Origin: Vitrella brassicaformis CCMP3155
Taxonomy: Eukaryota > Protista > Chromerida
DNA: 64,000 nucleotides
Assembly: GCA_001179505.1 (NCBI GenBank)
Contig: CDMY01000244.1
Span: 62,001-126,000 of the forward strand
Direction: 5' to 3'
In this document: positions 63,052 through 64,000 of the stretch, in pieces
How positions within the stretch are numbered: position 1 is the stretch's first letter
Layout of the letters: each line of letters begins with the position of its first letter
Notes under the pieces: model-generated
Seen by the model: the letters and a program-made list of their open reading frames with translations, nothing else
The model's database searches: none
What the model was told of the DNA's origin: nothing
Translations under genes and position numbers: made by a program

Positions 63052-64000
63052 ATGCCCTACACCAAGAACTTTGTTGGTGTTGCCGTCGAGGAGGGCGGCC
63101 GGAGGGTCGTCGTCACTGTCAACGATGAGACCACAGCGGCGGATGTGCTGAACAAAGTGAGTGACCGACCACAGGGACGGCCATCACAATTTGATGTGTT
63201 CATCTGCTTGTTGATTTGTGTGTGGCGACTCACTGCTGTGGTTTGGTTGGAGCAGGTCAACTCGAAGATTGCGACCAACCCCGCCTTTCAGGCCAATCGC
63301 ACCCAGCGGCTGGTCGTCGAGCACCTGCTTGTCAACGGCGACACCTTCGATGCCGACATCAACATCAGAGAAGCATGGTGACGAGAACAGCACAACAGCA
63401 AAACGCACACGCCGCCCATTCTTCTCTGTTCCCCTCTTGCAGCGAGGATGGTGATGAGTTCGTTGCCGTTCCGGCATTCGTCCCGCCCCCCGCCCCACCA
63501 CCAGCTGCGGCTGCCGCCTCAGCGGCACCCCTCCCCCGCGGGCAGAAGCGGCCCCACGAGACCGACCGTGCAGACCAAGGAGATGACAACAGCCACCAAG
63601 AGGCAGGGCACAAGGCCAAGCAGCTCAAAGCGGCACCAGCTGCTGCGGCCGCTGCTGGTGGTGGTGGTGGTGCGGCTGCGGCTGGTGATGCGGGCGAGGG
63701 TGTTGGTGTGGGGGAGGGGAAGGGGCCAGAGATCGTCAAAATGGAAACAGACGAGGAGGAAACAGAGGTGCACCCAACACACCATACGACAGGCGGCAGA
63801 GCTCATTCTGTGTGTGTCCATTTGTGTGTGTCAGGTGTCGTTCACGTACGCCACCCTCGACCGCACCAACACCATCAGTGTGTCCAGCAAGGCCACGGTG
63901 GACGAGTTGAGGCAGCAGATCCTGGAGGAGGAGCTGGCCCTGCAGGACATCCCGGCGGCCGCCGCTGCCAGACCCACGCGCAAGAACAAGAAGACCGTCG
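63052..64000 (+). CDS. Hypothetical protein with possible ubiquitin-like (beta-grasp) domains; truncated by the window end
   Basis: RRVVVTVNDETTAADVLNK|VNSKI and VSFTYATLDRTNTISVSSKATVDELRQQI both show the Ubl-like 'strand-strand-TV.EL' pattern. Exons splice in phase. Confidence 0.5.

Noticed and set aside
370-64000. Abundant (GT)n, (CTGT)n, (GGAT)n, (CACAC)n tracts
   Set aside because: They are background intronic and intergenic microsatellites across the whole window and not locus-specific.

Overview
Intron-rich, GC-rich eukaryotic genomic DNA. It has short GT-AG introns packed with (GT)n/(CTGT)n microsatellites, two 300-N gaps and TTTAGGG-type repeats. This style, together with an apicomplexan-like megasynthase and bipartite plastid leaders, suggests a chromerid alveolate such as Vitrella brassicaformis (inference). 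I reconstructed about 13 spliced genes by hand: SOUL haem-binding protein, SPATA20/YyaL, a ~17.7 kb type I PKS locus, a Patched/NPC1-like RND transporter, an ELO elongase, an atypical kinase, an ABM-fold membrane protein, ATP-PEPCK, an RS-rich protein, TFIIS, a MINDY-3-like deubiquitinase, a phosphoglycerate-mutase-family protein and two hypothetical genes. The main result is a PKS with the domain order FAAL-ACP-KS-AT-DH-KR-ACP-KS-ACP-thioester reductase-sulfotransferase-like. It lies head-to-head with the RND transporter and is followed by the elongase, forming a candidate eukaryotic lipid biosynthesis/export cluster. The PKS locus also contains a partial tandem duplication whose extra AT copy is broken by a ~800 bp insert carrying a spliceable ORF. 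All gene models and alignments were made by eye, so exon boundaries are approximate.
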